From assembly GCA_963746845.1 (NCBI GenBank), contig CAVVCZ010000004.1, positions 1,184,001-1,248,000 of the forward strand: a stretch of 64,000 nucleotides of DNA. The letters are read 5' to 3'. This DNA is from an uncultured Chloroflexia bacterium. GTDB lineage: Bacteria; Chloroflexota; Limnocylindria; Limnocylindrales; CSP1-4. Of the stretch, positions 18,728 to 29,632 are shown piece after piece. Both the position numbers and the translations under genes were made by a program. Position 1 is the first letter of the stretch, and every line of letters begins with the position of its first letter. The notes below the pieces were generated by a model, which searched no databases, had not been told where the DNA came from, and saw only the letters and a program-made list of their open reading frames with translations.

Positions 18728-19720
18728 TCAGGCCTCGCCCTCGTCGTCGGTCTCGTCCTCGTACACGCCGTCGTCCAGGCCGTCGGCCTCGGTCTCCGGA
18801 ACGATGAAGCCGCGCATCCGGAGGCGCTCCTTCATCTCGTCGAGCGACTTCTTGCCGAAGTTGCGCATCCGGAGCAGGTCGTCGTCCTTCAGCTGGAGGA
18901 GCTGGCCGACCTTGACGATGTTGTTGCGCTTGAGCGAGTTGTAGGCGCGCATCGGGAGGTCGAGCTCCTCGATCGGCATGTCGAGCATGTTCGGGGGGAG
19001 CTGGGCCAGCCCGCCCGGTGCCTGCTCGCCGACCGCGGCCGCCATCCCGATCGTCACGAACGGTCGGAACTGGTTGACGAGGATCTCCGCCGAGCGGCTC
19101 AGGGCCTCCTCGGGGGTGATCGTCCCGTCGGTCTCGATCTCGATCGTGAGCTTGTCGTAGTTGGTCATCTGACCGACCCGCATGCTCTCGACCCAGTAGT
19201 TGACCTTGCGGACCGGCGTGAAGATCGCGTCGATCGCGATGACTCCGATCGGGAGCTGCTCGGTCCGCTCCGCGCCGAGGTAGCCGACCCCGCGCTCGAC
19301 CGTCAGGTCCATCTCGATCGTGACGTCGTCCGTGTCGAGGGTCATCAGGACGAGGTCCGGATTGATGATCTCGACGTCGGCGGACTCGGCGATGTCCGAC
19401 GCGCTGACCTGGCCGGCGCCGCTCTTGATCAGGCGGAGCTGGACCGGGTGGGTCGCGAAGCTCTTCAGGCGGAGCTTCTTGACGTTCAGGACGATCTGGG
19501 TGACGTCTTCCTTGACGCCCGGGATCGTCGAGAACTCCTGGTAGACGTCGCGGATCTGGATGCTCGTGACCGCCGCCCCTTCGAGCGAGGACAGCAGGAC
19601 CCGGCGGAGGGCGTTGCCGAGGGTGACGCCATAGCCGGCCTGGAGGGGGCCGGCCTCGTACTTGGCGTACGTCCCGGCTTCCTCGACGGGCTCGATCTGC
19701 GGATTCTCGAGTTCGATCAT
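18728..19720 (-). CDS. rpoA: RNA polymerase subunit alpha
   Basis: GYGVTLGNALRRVLLSS and NFGKKSL. Confidence 0.98.
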   Translation of the reverse strand: MIELENPQIEPVEEAGTYAKYEAGPLQAGYGVTLGNALRRVLLSSLEGAAVTSIQIRDVYQEFSTIPGVKEDVTQIVLNVKKLRLKSFATHPVQLRLIKSGAGQVSASDIAESADVEIINPDLVLMTLDTDDVTIEMDLTVERGVGYLGAERTEQLPIGVIAIDAIFTPVRKVNYWVESMRVGQMTNYDKLTIEIETDGTITPEEALSRSAEILVNQFRPFVTIGMAAAVGEQAPGGLAQLPPNMLDMPIEELDLPMRAYNSLKRNNIVKVGQLLQLKDDDLLRMRNFGKKSLDEMKERLRMRGFIVPETEADGLDDGVYEDETDDEGEA

Positions 19721-19729
19721 GGGGGCGGC

Positions 19730-20356
19730 TTACCTCGAGTAGTACTCGACCACGAGCTGCTCGTTCAGGTCGAGCGGCATCTGGTCGCGGCGGGGCAGCT
19801 CGGCAACGGTCCCGGCGAGCTTGGCGGCATCGAGGGACAGCCACTCCGGAGCCTGGTGGGAGCGGAGGGTCTCCTTGGCCAGCTTGAAGGGCTCGCGGGC
19901 GCGGCGGCTCTCGCGAACCTCGATCCGGTCGCCCGGCTTCACCTGGAAGGAGGGGATGTTGGTCGGGACGCCGTTCACATTGAAGTGACCGTGTCCGACG
20001 AGCTGGCGGGCCTGGGCCCGCGAGCTGGCGAAGCCCATCCGGTAGACGACGTTGTCGAGACGCAGCTCGAGCGTCCGGAGGAGGCTCTCGCCGGTGACGC
20101 CGGGGCGATTCTCGGCGCTGTCGAAGTAGTTCCGGAACTGGCGCTCGAGGACGCCGTAGACGCGGCGGACCTTCTGCTTCTCGCGCAGCTGGAGACCGTA
20201 GTCGCCGACCTTGCGACGGCGGACGCCGTGCTGGCCGGGCGGGGTCGGGCGGCGCTCGAAGGCGCACTTCTTCGTGTAGCAGCGGCTGCCCTTCAGGTAG
20301 AGCTTCGCGCCCTCCCGACGGCAGAGGCGGCAGACGGCTTCGGTGTAACGGGCCAT
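19730..20356 (-). CDS. rpsD: 30S ribosomal protein S4 (Zn-binding type)
   Basis: [14 protein letters not shown] and [11 protein letters not shown]. Confidence 0.98.
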   Translation of the reverse strand: MARYTEAVCRLCRREGAKLYLKGSRCYTKKCAFERRPTPPGQHGVRRRKVGDYGLQLREKQKVRRVYGVLERQFRNYFDSAENRPGVTGESLLRTLELRLDNVVYRMGFASSRAQARQLVGHGHFNVNGVPTNIPSFQVKPGDRIEVRESRRAREPFKLAKETLRSHQAPEWLSLDAAKLAGTVAELPRRDQMPLDLNEQLVVEYYSR

Positions 20357-20372
20357 GTCGTTCCTTCCCCGC

Positions 20373-20768
20373 TCAGACCCGGCGCCGCTTCGGGGCGCGG
20401 CAGCCGTTGTGGGGGATGGGCGTGACGTCGGTGATGGCGGTCACCTCGAGGCCGGCGGCCTGGAGAGATCGGATCGCCTGCTCGCGACCGGCTCCCGGTC
20501 CCTTGACGTAGACCTCGACCTGGCGCATCCCGTGCTCCATCGCGCGGCGTGCGGCGCCGTCGGCGGACAGGGCGGCGGCGTACGGCGTGCTCTTGCGGGA
20601 GCCCTTGAAGCCGGCCACGCCGGCAGAGCCCCAGCTGACCACGGCGCCACCGAGGTCGGTGATCGTGATGATCGTGTTGTTGAACGTCGCCTGGATGTGG
20701 ACGTGCCCCTGCGGGACGTTCTTCCGTTCGCGGCGGCGCTGCTTCACCGCCCGCTTGCGTTCAGCCAT
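20373..20768 (-). CDS. rpsK: 30S ribosomal protein S11
   Basis: [19 protein letters not shown] and [11 protein letters not shown]. Confidence 0.98.
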   Translation of the reverse strand: MAERKRAVKQRRRERKNVPQGHVHIQATFNNTIITITDLGGAVVSWGSAGVAGFKGSRKSTPYAAALSADGAARRAMEHGMRQVEVYVKGPGAGREQAIRSLQAAGLEVTAITDVTPIPHNGCRAPKRRRV

Positions 20769-20788
20769 GTGCTGTCAGGTCCCTCGGG

Positions 20789-21160
20789 CTACTTCTTCCG
20801 CCGCACGCCGACCGTCTTCTTCGGTCCGCGCCGCTGACGGGCGTTCGTCTTGGTTCGCTGGCCGCGCACCGGCAGGTTGCGCCGGTGGCGCATGCCGCGG
20901 TACGAGCCGATCTCGATCAGGCGCTTGATGTTCAGTGCGACCTCGCGGCGCAGGTCGCCTTCGACCTTGTACCGGCGGTCGATCAGCTCGCGGAGCCGGT
21001 TGACCTGCTCCTCGGTGAGATCGCGGACCCGGGTGTCCGGGTTGACGTTCGTCTGGGCGAGGATCTTCTGGGACGTGGGCAGGCCGAGCCCGAAGATGTA
21101 CGTGAGGGCGACCTCGACGCGCTTCTCGCGCGGGATGTCGACGCCGGCAATGCGTGCCAT
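20789..21160 (-). CDS. rpsM: 30S ribosomal protein S13
   Basis: [10 protein letters not shown] and [13 protein letters not shown]. Confidence 0.98.
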   Translation of the reverse strand: MARIAGVDIPREKRVEVALTYIFGLGLPTSQKILAQTNVNPDTRVRDLTEEQVNRLRELIDRRYKVEGDLRREVALNIKRLIEIGSYRGMRHRRNLPVRGQRTKTNARQRRGPKKTVGVRRKK

Positions 21161-21163
21161 CGA

Positions 21164-21277
21164 TTACCCCTGCCGCTGCTTGTGCTTCGGGTTGGTGCAG
21201 ATGACCATCACGGTGCCGTGGCGACGGATGACCTTGCAGTTGTCGCAGCGCGCCTTGACGGAAGCTCTGACTTTCAA
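21164..21277 (-). CDS. rpmJ: 50S ribosomal protein L36 (Zn-binding type)
   Basis: Not in the ORF track. Manual translation from TTG gives [37 protein letters not shown]. Confidence 0.97.
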   Translation of the reverse strand: MKVRASVKARCDNCKVIRRHGTVMVICTNPKHKQRQG

Positions 21278-21321
21278 CGGATCCTCGACTCGTGCTCGTG
21301 TCGACCGGCTGGGCGGTCGGG

Positions 21322-21540
21322 TTACTTCAGGCGGTAGGTGATCCGACCGCGGGTGAGGTCGTAGGGCGACAGCTCCACCCGGACGCGGTCTCCCGGCAGG
21401 ATCCGGATGAAGTTCATTCGGAGCTTGCCGCTGATGTGGGCCAGGACGCGGTGACCGTTCTCCAACTCGACGGCGAACATCGTGTTGGGCAGCGGCTCGA
21501 TGACCGTGCCTTCCACTTCGATCGCATCACGTTTGGCCAC
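21322..21540 (-). CDS. infA: Translation initiation factor IF-1
   Basis: [29 protein letters not shown]. Confidence 0.98.
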   Translation of the reverse strand: MAKRDAIEVEGTVIEPLPNTMFAVELENGHRVLAHISGKLRMNFIRILPGDRVRVELSPYDLTRGRITYRLK

Positions 21541-21604
21541 AGGCGCCCAGGCTTCCCTTTCTCACGATGAGTGCCGGCCCGGGCGGACCGACACACGAAT
21601 GAGT

Positions 21605-21613
21605 AGCGTATCA
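21605..21613 (-). promoter_or_regulatory. Putative extended -10 internal promoter for infA-rpmJ-alpha genes
   Basis: TGaTACGCT in an AT-richer intergenic patch between map and infA. Confidence 0.45.
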
Positions 21614-21647
21614 AAACCTCGACCAATTGGCCAGCGCGTCATCGTCA

Positions 21648-22406
21648 TCAAACCGTTGTCAGGATCTCTGGTCCATTGTCCGTTACTGCGATCGTGTGCT
21701 CGAAGTGGGCGGCAAGGGAGCCGTCGACCGTCGCGACGGTCCAGCCGTCCGGCCGGACGGCGACCTCGCCGTTCCCGAGGGTCAGCATCGGCTCGATCGC
21801 CAGGCAGATCCCCGGTGCCAGCTTCATGCCGCGGACACCGGTCCGGTAGTTCGGGACCTGCGGCTCCTGGTGCATCTCGGTCCCGATGCCATGGCCGACG
21901 AACTGGCGGACGATCCCGTAGCCGCCCGGCGTGGCGACGTCCTCGATCGCGGCCGAGATGTCGCCGAGGTTGGCACCCGGCACGGCCGCCGCGATCCCCG
22001 CCATCATCGCCAGCCGGGTCGTGTCGACGAGGTCCGTGACCGTCGCGGACGGATCGCCGACGAAGAAGGTCCGCGCGCCGTCGCCGTGCCAGCCGTCGTA
22101 GATCGCCCCCGCGTCGATCGACACGATCTGGCCGTCCTTGATCACCCGATCGCCCGGGATCCCGTGGACGACCTCGTCGTCGATCGAGATGCACAGGCTG
22201 GCCGGGAACGGGTTGCTGCGATGGCCGTAGCCCTTGAACGACGGCACGGCGCCGGACGAGCGGATGTGGTGCTCGGCGAGGCGGTCGAGGTGGCCGGTGG
22301 TCACGCCCGGTCGCAGCTCGGTCTGGACGAGCGCCAGGACCTCGGCGACGATCCGGCCGGCGACGCGCATCTTCTCGATCTCGCGGCGCGACTTGCGAGT
22401 CACCAT
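21648..22406 (-). CDS. map: Methionine aminopeptidase, type I
   Basis: VVHGIP, SIDAG..WHGD, GHGIG.EMH, AIEPM and HFEHT. Start at ATG 22406. Confidence 0.97.
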   Translation of the reverse strand: MVTRKSRREIEKMRVAGRIVAEVLALVQTELRPGVTTGHLDRLAEHHIRSSGAVPSFKGYGHRSNPFPASLCISIDDEVVHGIPGDRVIKDGQIVSIDAGAIYDGWHGDGARTFFVGDPSATVTDLVDTTRLAMMAGIAAAVPGANLGDISAAIEDVATPGGYGIVRQFVGHGIGTEMHQEPQVPNYRTGVRGMKLAPGICLAIEPMLTLGNGEVAVRPDGWTVATVDGSLAAHFEHTIAVTDNGPEILTTV

Positions 22407-22419
22407 CGGGGGATCGCCA

Positions 22420-23103
22420 TCATGGCATCGCCTGACCCGCGGGTCCGCCCGACGGGGTCTCGTCGACCGCGGCCACCACGGCCGCGCTGACCTCCTCGAT
22501 CGGGAGCCGCCCGTCCACGGTCCGGAGCACGCCACCCTGGCGGTAATGGTCGACGACGTCGAGGAGGGGCGGGATCTGCTCGCGCATCCTCGCCCGGACG
22601 GTCTCCTCGCGATCGTCCTCGCGGTGGACGAGCGGCGACCCGTCAATGTCGCAGACGCCGCTGCGCACCGGCGGGTTCGAGGTGAGGTTGTAGACGTGGC
22701 CGTTGGCGGTGCAGATCCGACGGCTCGCCATCCGGAGGATCAGGTCCTCCGTCGGCACGTCGACGAGGATCGCCCAGTCGACCCGCCGGCCGGCGTCCGC
22801 GAGCTCGGTGTCGAGCGCCTGCGCCTGGACACGCGTCCGGGGAAAGCCGTCGAGGATGGCACCCTTCCGTGAGTCGTCCTGGTCAAGTCGGTCGAGGAAG
22901 ACCCGGACGATGGTCTCGTCGGGAACGAGCTGCCCCCGGCTCATGAACCGATCCGCCTCGCGACCGAGGGCCGTGTTGGCAGCGACGGCAGCGCGGAGCA
23001 GCTCGCCGGATCCGAGGATCGGCACGCCGAGGTGCTGGGCAAGCACCGGAGCCTGGGTGCCTTTCCCCGCACCCGGTGCTCCGAGGAGGACGACGACGGC
23101 CAT
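22420..23103 (-). CDS. adk: Adenylate kinase
   Basis: GAPGAGKGTQ, LDGFPRT and LID domain. Confidence 0.97.
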   Translation of the reverse strand: MAVVVLLGAPGAGKGTQAPVLAQHLGVPILGSGELLRAAVAANTALGREADRFMSRGQLVPDETIVRVFLDRLDQDDSRKGAILDGFPRTRVQAQALDTELADAGRRVDWAILVDVPTEDLILRMASRRICTANGHVYNLTSNPPVRSGVCDIDGSPLVHREDDREETVRARMREQIPPLLDVVDHYRQGGVLRTVDGRLPIEEVSAAVVAAVDETPSGGPAGQAMP

Positions 23104-23118
23104 CTCGGGACCCCCGCC

Positions 23119-24399
23119 CTAGCGGATGAATCCTTCGTAGTTGCGCATCAGGAGCTGGGCCTCCAACTGCTTCATCGTCTCGACGATGACGCTGACGACG
23201 ATCAGCAGACCGGTGCCGCCGAGGGCGATGCCGGTCAGGGTCGGGACGATCAGGCCGACGATGGTCGGGAGGGTCGCCACGGTGCCGAGGAACAGCGCAC
23301 CGGCGATCGTGATCCGGCTGACGACCTTGGCGAGGTAGTCGGCCGTCGGGCGCCCCGGACGGATGCCCGGGATGTACCCACCGTTCTTGCGCAGCTGCTC
23401 GGAGGTGTCATCCGGCTTGAATGTGAACGCCGTGTAGAAGTAGGTGAAGCCGACGGTCAGCGAGAAGTACAGGATGACGTACGGCAACGAGTGGGGGTTC
23501 AGGAAGTTGACGATCGCCTGGGCGATCGACGCCACCCACGTCACCTCCGAGTTCGTGAAGTACGAGGCGATCTGCTGCGGGAACAGCAGGATGCTGATCG
23601 CGAAGATGATCGGGATCACGCCGGCCTGGTTGACGCGGAGCGGCAGGAACGTCTGGCCGCCCTGGTACATCCGCCGGCCGCGGACCCGGCTCGCGTACTG
23701 GATCGGGATCCGGCGCTGCCCTTCCTGGATGTAGATGATCGAGGCGACTGCGCCGATCGCGAAGAGGATGAAGCCGATGACGAGCGGGACGTTCGGGGTC
23801 GACAGGAATCCGCCGATCGCGTTCGGGGCGCGGCTGACGATGCCCGCGAAGATGATGAAGCTGATGCCGTTGCCGATCCCCTTCTCGGTGATCAGCTCGC
23901 CCAGCCACATCAGGGTCATCGACCCGGCGGTCAGGGTGATGATCTGGGTGATCGTGTAGAAGTTCGACAGGTCGAACCCGCTCGACAGCACGCCCTGGGA
24001 GTTCAGCAGCGCCAGGAACCCGTACGACTGGAGCAGGGCCATCGGCACGGCCAGGTAGCGGGTGTACTGGTTGATCTTGTTCCGGCCGTACTCACCCTCG
24101 CGCTGGAGCGCCTGCAGCGACGGGATCACGCCCGTCATCAGCTGCATGATGATCGAGGCGTTGATGTACGGGTTCACGCCCAGGGCCACGACCGAGAAGC
24201 TCGACAGGCCGCCGCCGGACAGCAGATCCAGGACGCCGAACAGGGCGTTGTTCTGGAGGTACTGGGCGAGCTGGGCCTGGTCGACGCCCGGGACCGGGAC
24301 ATGGGCCAGGAACCGGAAGACGATCAGGATCCCGAAGACGTAGAGCAGCCGCCGCCGGATGTCGGGCGCGCGGAACGCGTTGAGGAGCGAGTCGAACAC
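23119..24399 (-). CDS. secY: Preprotein translocase subunit SecY
   Basis: LGVNPYINASII, GIGNGIS, IPGIRPG and GGTGLLIVV. Confidence 0.98.
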   Translation of the reverse strand: MFDSLLNAFRAPDIRRRLLYVFGILIVFRFLAHVPVPGVDQAQLAQYLQNNALFGVLDLLSGGGLSSFSVVALGVNPYINASIIMQLMTGVIPSLQALQREGEYGRNKINQYTRYLAVPMALLQSYGFLALLNSQGVLSSGFDLSNFYTITQIITLTAGSMTLMWLGELITEKGIGNGISFIIFAGIVSRAPNAIGGFLSTPNVPLVIGFILFAIGAVASIIYIQEGQRRIPIQYASRVRGRRMYQGGQTFLPLRVNQAGVIPIIFAISILLFPQQIASYFTNSEVTWVASIAQAIVNFLNPHSLPYVILYFSLTVGFTYFYTAFTFKPDDTSEQLRKNGGYIPGIRPGRPTADYLAKVVSRITIAGALFLGTVATLPTIVGLIVPTLTGIALGGTGLLIVVSVIVETMKQLEAQLLMRNYEGFIR

Positions 24400-24405
24400 G
24401 GAACG

Positions 24406-25311
24406 CTACGCGTCGTCGCCGGGGACGGCGCTGTCGGTCTCCGTGTCGTCCGCGGTCGCGGACGGCTCGTCCGCCGTCCCGTCCGCCGTCTCGATGACGG
24501 CCGCGGCGTCGACCGGCGCTTCGGTCTCGGCACCGGACCCGCTCGGGGCCTCGTCGTCGACCGGCGCGGCTGCCTCGGCCGCGGACGCCGTGTCCGCGTC
24601 GTCCGGGACGTCCGCCGCCTTGGCCTTCGCGGGCCTGGACGCCTTCTCCTTCGCGACCGCCGCGGCCTCCGCCGTGGCGGTTGCCTTGTCGGCGTCGCGG
24701 CGTGCCCGCGCGTCGACCTTGCGGTCGGCGGCGTCGCGGCCGGCCGCGGTCCGGGCCACGCGGGGCGTCCGGACGATGGGCTCGCCGTCCGCGCCGAGCG
24801 CGGGGAGGCTCTCGGCCGGGACCTCGAGGATGCTCACCGCGCCTCCGGCGGCCTCGATCTTCGCGGTCGCCGACCTGGTGAACGCGTCGGCCACGACGAA
24901 CAGGGCCGTCGAGAGCTCGCCGCCGCCGAGCACCTTGAGGGGCTTCCGGACGTCACGGACGAGGCCGACCGCCCGCAGGATGTCGGCGTTGATCGTCAGC
25001 TGCTCGCCCTTCTTCGGCGCGGTCCCGGCCGCGGCGAACGCCCCGGCCTCGACCCGCCCGGCGATGTCGCCGACGTTGACGATCTCGTAGACGACCTTCG
25101 CCCGGTTCTTGAAGCCGCGCAGCTTCGGAATCCGCATGTGGAGCGGGGTCTGGCCGCCCTCGAACCACGGCGGGATCGAGCCACCGGCACGGGCCTTCTG
25201 GCCCTTCGTGCCCCGGCCGGCGGTCTTGCCCTTGCCCGCGGCGATGCCGCGGCCGACCCGGGTCCGGGCGACGCGGGCGCCGTCGGCGGGGCGCAGGTCG
25301 TGGAGCTTCAT
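24406..25311 (-). CDS. rplO: 50S ribosomal protein L15 with a long C-terminal extension
   Basis: GRG..GKTAGRG.KGQKAR and FEGGQTPL, followed by an extension of about 140 aa. Confidence 0.96.
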   Translation of the reverse strand: MKLHDLRPADGARVARTRVGRGIAAGKGKTAGRGTKGQKARAGGSIPPWFEGGQTPLHMRIPKLRGFKNRAKVVYEIVNVGDIAGRVEAGAFAAAGTAPKKGEQLTINADILRAVGLVRDVRKPLKVLGGGELSTALFVVADAFTRSATAKIEAAGGAVSILEVPAESLPALGADGEPIVRTPRVARTAAGRDAADRKVDARARRDADKATATAEAAAVAKEKASRPAKAKAADVPDDADTASAAEAAAPVDDEAPSGSGAETEAPVDAAAVIETADGTADEPSATADDTETDSAVPGDDA

Positions 25312-25517
25312 GCCTTCTCCTGGGAATCCGGCCCGGCGATCTCCTCGACCGTGACGAGGAAGCGGACCTGGCGGACCATGCCGCGGGTCGCGGGGTTGTC
25401 GGTGATCTCGACCGTGTGCCCGATCCGCTTCAGCCCGAGGGCGCGGATCGTCGCCCGGTTGCGGGCGATGTGGCTGATCGTGCTCTTCGTCTGGGTCACG
25501 CGGAGCTTAGCGACCAT
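25308..25517 (-). CDS. rpmD: 50S ribosomal protein L30
   Basis: [19 protein letters not shown]. Confidence 0.96.
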   Translation of the reverse strand: MVAKLRVTQTKSTISHIARNRATIRALGLKRIGHTVEITDNPATRGMVRQVRFLVTVEEIAGPDSQEKA

Positions 25518-26049
25518 CGGCGGCCTCCATCGCGACCGGCGCCGGCTGCCCGGAGATCCGGATCGTCAGCTTGACGCCACGCCGCGCGCTGAGCTCCTCG
25601 GCGGAGTGCAGGCTGCGGAGCGCCTCGATCGTCGCCCGGGTCACGTTGACCGGGTTCGTCGAGCCGTGAGTCTTGGCGAGGATGTCGCGGATGCCGGCCG
25701 CCTCGACGACGGCGCGGACGGCGCCACCGGCGATCACGCCGGTTCCCTGCGACGCCGGCTTCAGCATGACGCGGGACGCCGAGAACACCTGGCGGACCTC
25801 GTGGGGGATCGTCGTCCCGACCATCGGAATCCGGATGAGGTTCTTCTTCGCGTCCTCGACGCCCTTGCGGATCGCCTCGGGGACCTCGCCGGCCTTGCCG
25901 AGCCCGGCGCCGACATAGCCGGCGCCGTCGCCGACGACGACGACCGCAGAGAAGCTGAAGCGACGGCCTCCCTTGACGACCTTCGCCACCCGGTTGATCT
26001 GGACGACGCGCTCCTCGAGCGCGAGCTTGTTGGGGTCGATGCGTGCCAC
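25507..26049 (-). CDS. rpsE: 30S ribosomal protein S5
   Basis: [15 protein letters not shown] and GTGVIAGG. Confidence 0.98.
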   Translation of the reverse strand: MARIDPNKLALEERVVQINRVAKVVKGGRRFSFSAVVVVGDGAGYVGAGLGKAGEVPEAIRKGVEDAKKNLIRIPMVGTTIPHEVRQVFSASRVMLKPASQGTGVIAGGAVRAVVEAAGIRDILAKTHGSTNPVNVTRATIEALRSLHSAEELSARRGVKLTIRISGQPAPVAMEAADGR

Positions 26050-26064
26050 GTCAGCTCCTCACGA

Positions 26065-26427
26065 TCAGAAGTCGAGGCCGGCTTCGCGGGCGGCATCGGC
26101 GAGCGACTTGATCCGCCCGTGGTACCGGAACCCGGCTCGATCGAAGACGACGCGCTCGACGCCTGCGGTCTTCGCCCGCTCGGCGATCAGGCGCCCGACG
26201 ACGGCCGCCTCCTCGGTCTTCGTCTGCTTGGAGCCGCGAAGCTCCTTCTCGACGGTCGACGCCGCGGCGAGGGTCTTGCCCGTCCCGTCGTCGATGACCT
26301 GCGCGTAGATGTGGATGTTGCTGCGGAAGACTGCGAGACGCGGCCGCGACCCGGTCCCCTCCAGGCGGAGGCGGATCCGGTCGTGGCGCTTGCGTCGTGC
26401 GGCGCCGCGGCTGGCAACCTGCGTCAT
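26065..26427 (-). CDS. rplR: 50S ribosomal protein L18
   Basis: [10 protein letters not shown] and [13 protein letters not shown]. Confidence 0.98.
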   Translation of the reverse strand: MTQVASRGAARRKRHDRIRLRLEGTGSRPRLAVFRSNIHIYAQVIDDGTGKTLAAASTVEKELRGSKQTKTEEAAVVGRLIAERAKTAGVERVVFDRAGFRYHGRIKSLADAAREAGLDF

Positions 26428-26448
26428 CGTGTTCGTTCCTTCACTGGG

Positions 26449-27000
26449 TTACTTCTTTCCGCCGATCTTGCCGGCCTTGCCGGCCTTGCGGCGGATCTGC
26501 TCCCCGGCGTAGCGGACGCCCTTGCCCTTGTACGGCTCGGGCTTGCGCGTCGCGCGGACCCGGGCGGCGATCTGCCCGACCAGCTCCTTGTCGATCCCGA
26601 CGACCGCCAGGCGGGTCGGGTTCTCGACCTCGAAGCTGATGCCGGTCGGCGGATCGATCTCGATCGGGTGGCTGTAGCCCAGGTTGAGCTGGAGCTTCTC
26701 GCCGACCTTCGTTGCGCGATAGCCGACGCCGGTGATCTCGAGGCCCTTGCGGTACCCGTCGGTCACCCCGACGACCATGTTGTTGACCAACGTCCGGGTG
26801 AGCCCGTGGAGCTGCTTGTGGGTCTTCTGTTCCGTCGGCCGGGTGACGACGAGCGTGCCGTCCTCGCGGCTGACGGTCATGTCCGGGTGGAGGTCCCGGG
26901 TCAGGGTGCCCTTGGGGCCCGTGACCGTGAGCCGTCGGCCCTCGATCGTCACGTCGACGGTCGAGGGAACGGTGATGGGCAGGCGGCCGATCCGTGACAT
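26449..27000 (-). CDS. rplF: 50S ribosomal protein L6
   Basis: MSRIGR, LGYSHP and [11 protein letters not shown]. Confidence 0.98.
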   Translation of the reverse strand: MSRIGRLPITVPSTVDVTIEGRRLTVTGPKGTLTRDLHPDMTVSREDGTLVVTRPTEQKTHKQLHGLTRTLVNNMVVGVTDGYRKGLEITGVGYRATKVGEKLQLNLGYSHPIEIDPPTGISFEVENPTRLAVVGIDKELVGQIAARVRATRKPEPYKGKGVRYAGEQIRRKAGKAGKIGGKK

Positions 27001-27010
27001 GTCTTCGCCC

Positions 27011-27409
27011 CTACCAGACGAACGCGAGGACTTCGCCGCCGAGCTCGGCCTTCTTGGCCTGCGCGCCGGTCATGATCCCCTGGCTCGTGCTGACGATCAC
27101 GATGCCCAGACCGCCGAGCACGCGCGGGATGTCGGTCTTGCGGGCATAGACCCGCAGCCCGGGCTTGCTGATCCGCTTCAGCCCGGACACGACCGGCACC
27201 TTGCCGTCGACGTACTTGAGGGTCAGGCGCAGGACGAGCGTCGGGCCGTCCTGCTCCTCGCGGACGTCGGCGATGAAGCCCTCGTCCTTGAGGATCCGGG
27301 CGATCTCGCGCTTCGTCCGCGACGCCGGCACGACGACCTCGGTGTGGTGCGCCCGGGAGGCGTTCCGCACGCGAGTCAGCATGTCGGCGATCGGGTCGGA
27401 GATGTTCAT
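27011..27409 (-). CDS. rpsH: 30S ribosomal protein S8
   Basis: [20 protein letters not shown] and GGEVL. Confidence 0.98.
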   Translation of the reverse strand: MNISDPIADMLTRVRNASRAHHTEVVVPASRTKREIARILKDEGFIADVREEQDGPTLVLRLTLKYVDGKVPVVSGLKRISKPGLRVYARKTDIPRVLGGLGIVIVSTSQGIMTGAQAKKAELGGEVLAFVW

Positions 27410-27415
27410 CGTTCT

Positions 27416-27601
27416 CTACCAGCTCGACTTCGTGACGCCCGGCAGCTCGCCCAGCAGGGCGCGCTCCCGGAAGCAGATCCGGCACAGGGCGAACCGCCGC
27501 ATGTAGGCGCGCGAGCGCCCGCACACGAAGCATCGGCTGTAGCCGCGAACCTTGAACTTCGGTTCGCGCTTCTGCTTGGCGATCAATGATTTCTTGGCCA
27601 T
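27416..27601 (-). CDS. rpsN: 30S ribosomal protein S14, type Z (61 aa)
   Basis: [23 protein letters not shown]. Start at ATG 27601. Confidence 0.97.
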   Translation of the reverse strand: MAKKSLIAKQKREPKFKVRGYSRCFVCGRSRAYMRRFALCRICFRERALLGELPGVTKSSW

Positions 27602-27618
27602 CGTGTCCTCCCCCGCGC

Positions 27619-28161
27619 CTACGAGGCGAAGGGCATGCCGAGGAGCTCGAGCAGACGCTTGCTCTCCTCGTCGGTCTTCGCCGTCGTCACGATGCTGATC
27701 TCCAGCCCGCGGAGACGGTCCACCTTGTCGTATTCGATCTCGGGGAACGCGAGCTGCTCGCGAAGCCCGAGGCTGAAGTTGCCGCGCCCGTCGAACGACT
27801 TGCCGGGGACGCCGCGGAAGTCGCGGATCCGGGGCAGGGCGAGGGTCGTGAGACGTTCGAGGAAGTCCCACATCCGCTCGCCGCGGAGGGTCACCTTGGC
27901 CCCGATCGTGTTGCCCGTCCGGAGCCGGAACTGGGCGATCGAGCGCTTGGCCTTCGTCACGATCGGCTTCTGGCCGGTGATCATGCTCAGGTCGCCGACG
28001 GCCGCGTCCAGCGCCTTGGCGTTGGTCAGCGCCTCGCCGAGGCCGATGTTCACGACGATCTTCGCGAGCCGCGGCACTTCCATCGGATTGCCGTACTCGA
28101 ACTGCTTCTGGAGGGCCGGCACGACCTCGGTCGTGTAGCGCGCGTGCAGCAGGCTGCTCAC
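27619..28161 (-). CDS. rplE: 50S ribosomal protein L5
   Basis: [21 protein letters not shown] and FPEI. GTG start overlapping the rplX stop. Confidence 0.97.
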   Translation of the reverse strand: MSSLLHARYTTEVVPALQKQFEYGNPMEVPRLAKIVVNIGLGEALTNAKALDAAVGDLSMITGQKPIVTKAKRSIAQFRLRTGNTIGAKVTLRGERMWDFLERLTTLALPRIRDFRGVPGKSFDGRGNFSLGLREQLAFPEIEYDKVDRLRGLEISIVTTAKTDEESKRLLELLGMPFAS

Positions 28162-28610
28162 AGACGCACCTCCACCTGCTCGCCGCAGTGGCGGCAGACG
28201 CGCACGCGCCGGCCGTTCTCGAGCGTCTTGTGGGCGATCCGGGTCGGCTTGTCGCAGTGGGTGCAGACGAGCATCACCTTGCTCATCGCCATCGGCTGGG
28301 CGAGATCGAGGATGCCGCCCTGGGTGATCTTCGGCGTCCGGTCGGTCGTGTTCGAGCTCTGGCGCGGCTTCGTGTGGCGCTTCGCGATGTTGATCCCGTC
28401 GACGACGACCGCGGTCGTCGCGAGCGGGGACATCGTCTTCCACGCGGCGCCGTACTTCGACTGCGACTTCTTGTGGCCCTGCCGGTTGGTCACGACGTGA
28501 TCGACCGTGCCGCGCTTGCCGGCGTCCTTGCCGGTCAGCACGACGACCGTGTCGCCGCGACGGATCTCGGGGACCTTGGTGACCCGCTTCTGGGTCCGCC
28601 CGGCGGCCAT
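28158..28610 (-). CDS. rplX: 50S ribosomal protein L24
   Basis: KOW motif [24 protein letters not shown] and C-terminal CxxC pairs. Confidence 0.95.
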   Translation of the reverse strand: MAAGRTQKRVTKVPEIRRGDTVVVLTGKDAGKRGTVDHVVTNRQGHKKSQSKYGAAWKTMSPLATTAVVVDGINIAKRHTKPRQSSNTTDRTPKITQGGILDLAQPMAMSKVMLVCTHCDKPTRIAHKTLENGRRVRVCRHCGEQVEVRL

Positions 28611-28978
28611 CACAGCACCTCCGGGGCGAGCGACACGATCTTCATGTAGTTCCGGTCCCGTAGCTCGCGCGCGACCGGGCCGAAGATCCGGGTCCCGCGC
28701 GGGTTGCCCTGGTTGTTGATGAGGACGGCGGCGTTCTCGTCGAACCGGATGTAGCTGCCGTCGGGACGGCCGTACTCCTTGGCGGTCCGCACGACGACGG
28801 CCCGGACGACGTCGCCCTTCTTGACGGCGGCGTTCGGAATCGCCTGCTTGACGCTGGCGATGATCACGTCGCCGACGCCGGCAGAGGTCTTCAGCGAGCG
28901 GCCCATGACCCGGATGCACTGGATCGACCGGGCGCCCGTGTTGTCGGCGACGCGCAGACGCGACTGGGGCTGGATCAC
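28610..28978 (-). CDS. rplN: 50S ribosomal protein L14
   Basis: VADNTGA, FDENAAV and [12 protein letters not shown]. Confidence 0.98.
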   Translation of the reverse strand: MIQPQSRLRVADNTGARSIQCIRVMGRSLKTSAGVGDVIIASVKQAIPNAAVKKGDVVRAVVVRTAKEYGRPDGSYIRFDENAAVLINNQGNPRGTRIFGPVARELRDRNYMKIVSLAPEVL

Positions 28979-29412
28979 GCCTCGGCCTCCTCGCCGATCG
29001 GCGCCGCCTCGGCGATCACCTCGGCCGCGGCCGGGTCAGCCTCGGCCGCCGCCTCGCGCGTCCGGCCCGGGTGGGCGGCCGCGTGGATCGCCTCGGACGT
29101 CTCGGCCTCATCGGCCACGAGGTCCGCGGAGCTGCCGTGCTCGCCGGCCCGCTGGACGATCTTCACCAGGCGCCAGCGCTTGGTCGCCGAGAGCGGCCGC
29201 GACTCCTCGATCATGACGGTGTCGCCGACGTGGGCGTCGTTCTCCTCGTCATGGGCCTTGAACTTCGTCGTCAGCCGGATGACGCGCTTGTAGAGAGGGT
29301 GGCGCGTCAGGCGCTCGACGGACACGACGATCGTCTTGTCCATCTTGTCGCTGACGACGCGGCCGACCTTCGTCTTCCGCTTGTTCTGCACCGGGGTGGT
29401 TGCTCCTGTCAT
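28975..29412 (-). CDS. rpsQ: 30S ribosomal protein S17 with an acidic C-terminal tail
   Basis: [15 protein letters not shown] and [11 protein letters not shown]. Confidence 0.97.
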   Translation of the reverse strand: MTGATTPVQNKRKTKVGRVVSDKMDKTIVVSVERLTRHPLYKRVIRLTTKFKAHDEENDAHVGDTVMIEESRPLSATKRWRLVKIVQRAGEHGSSADLVADEAETSEAIHAAAHPGRTREAAAEADPAAAEVIAEAAPIGEEAEA

Positions 29413-29425
29413 CGCGTGATCTCCC

Positions 29426-29632
29426 TCACGCCGTCTTCGCGCGGGCGCCGGAGCGCTCCCGCTGGACGGTCAGGATCCGCGCGATCGTTCGCCGCGTCTG
29501 CGGGATCGTGCTGTAGTCCTTCAACTGGCGGGTCGACAGCGCGAAGCGGGCCTGCCAGAGGTCCTGCTTCGCCTCGCGAAGTGCGTTCTCGAGCTCCGTG
29601 TCGGAGAGCTCGCGGACCTTCACGATGTCCAT
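29426..29632 (-). CDS. rpmC: 50S ribosomal protein L29
   Basis: Helical protein with RRTIARILT; position between rplP and rpsQ. Confidence 0.95.
   Translation of the reverse strand: MDIVKVRELSDTELENALREAKQDLWQARFALSTRQLKDYSTIPQTRRTIARILTVQRERSGARAKTA

Noticed and set aside
23032-26997. 1321-aa plus-strand ORF, and similar long plus-strand ORFs at 40339-43299, 43635-46760, 54195-56984 and 35430-37460
   Set aside because: They are antisense shadows of highly conserved minus-strand genes. Extreme GC3 bias removes stops from the antisense frame, and the translations have no recognisable domains.
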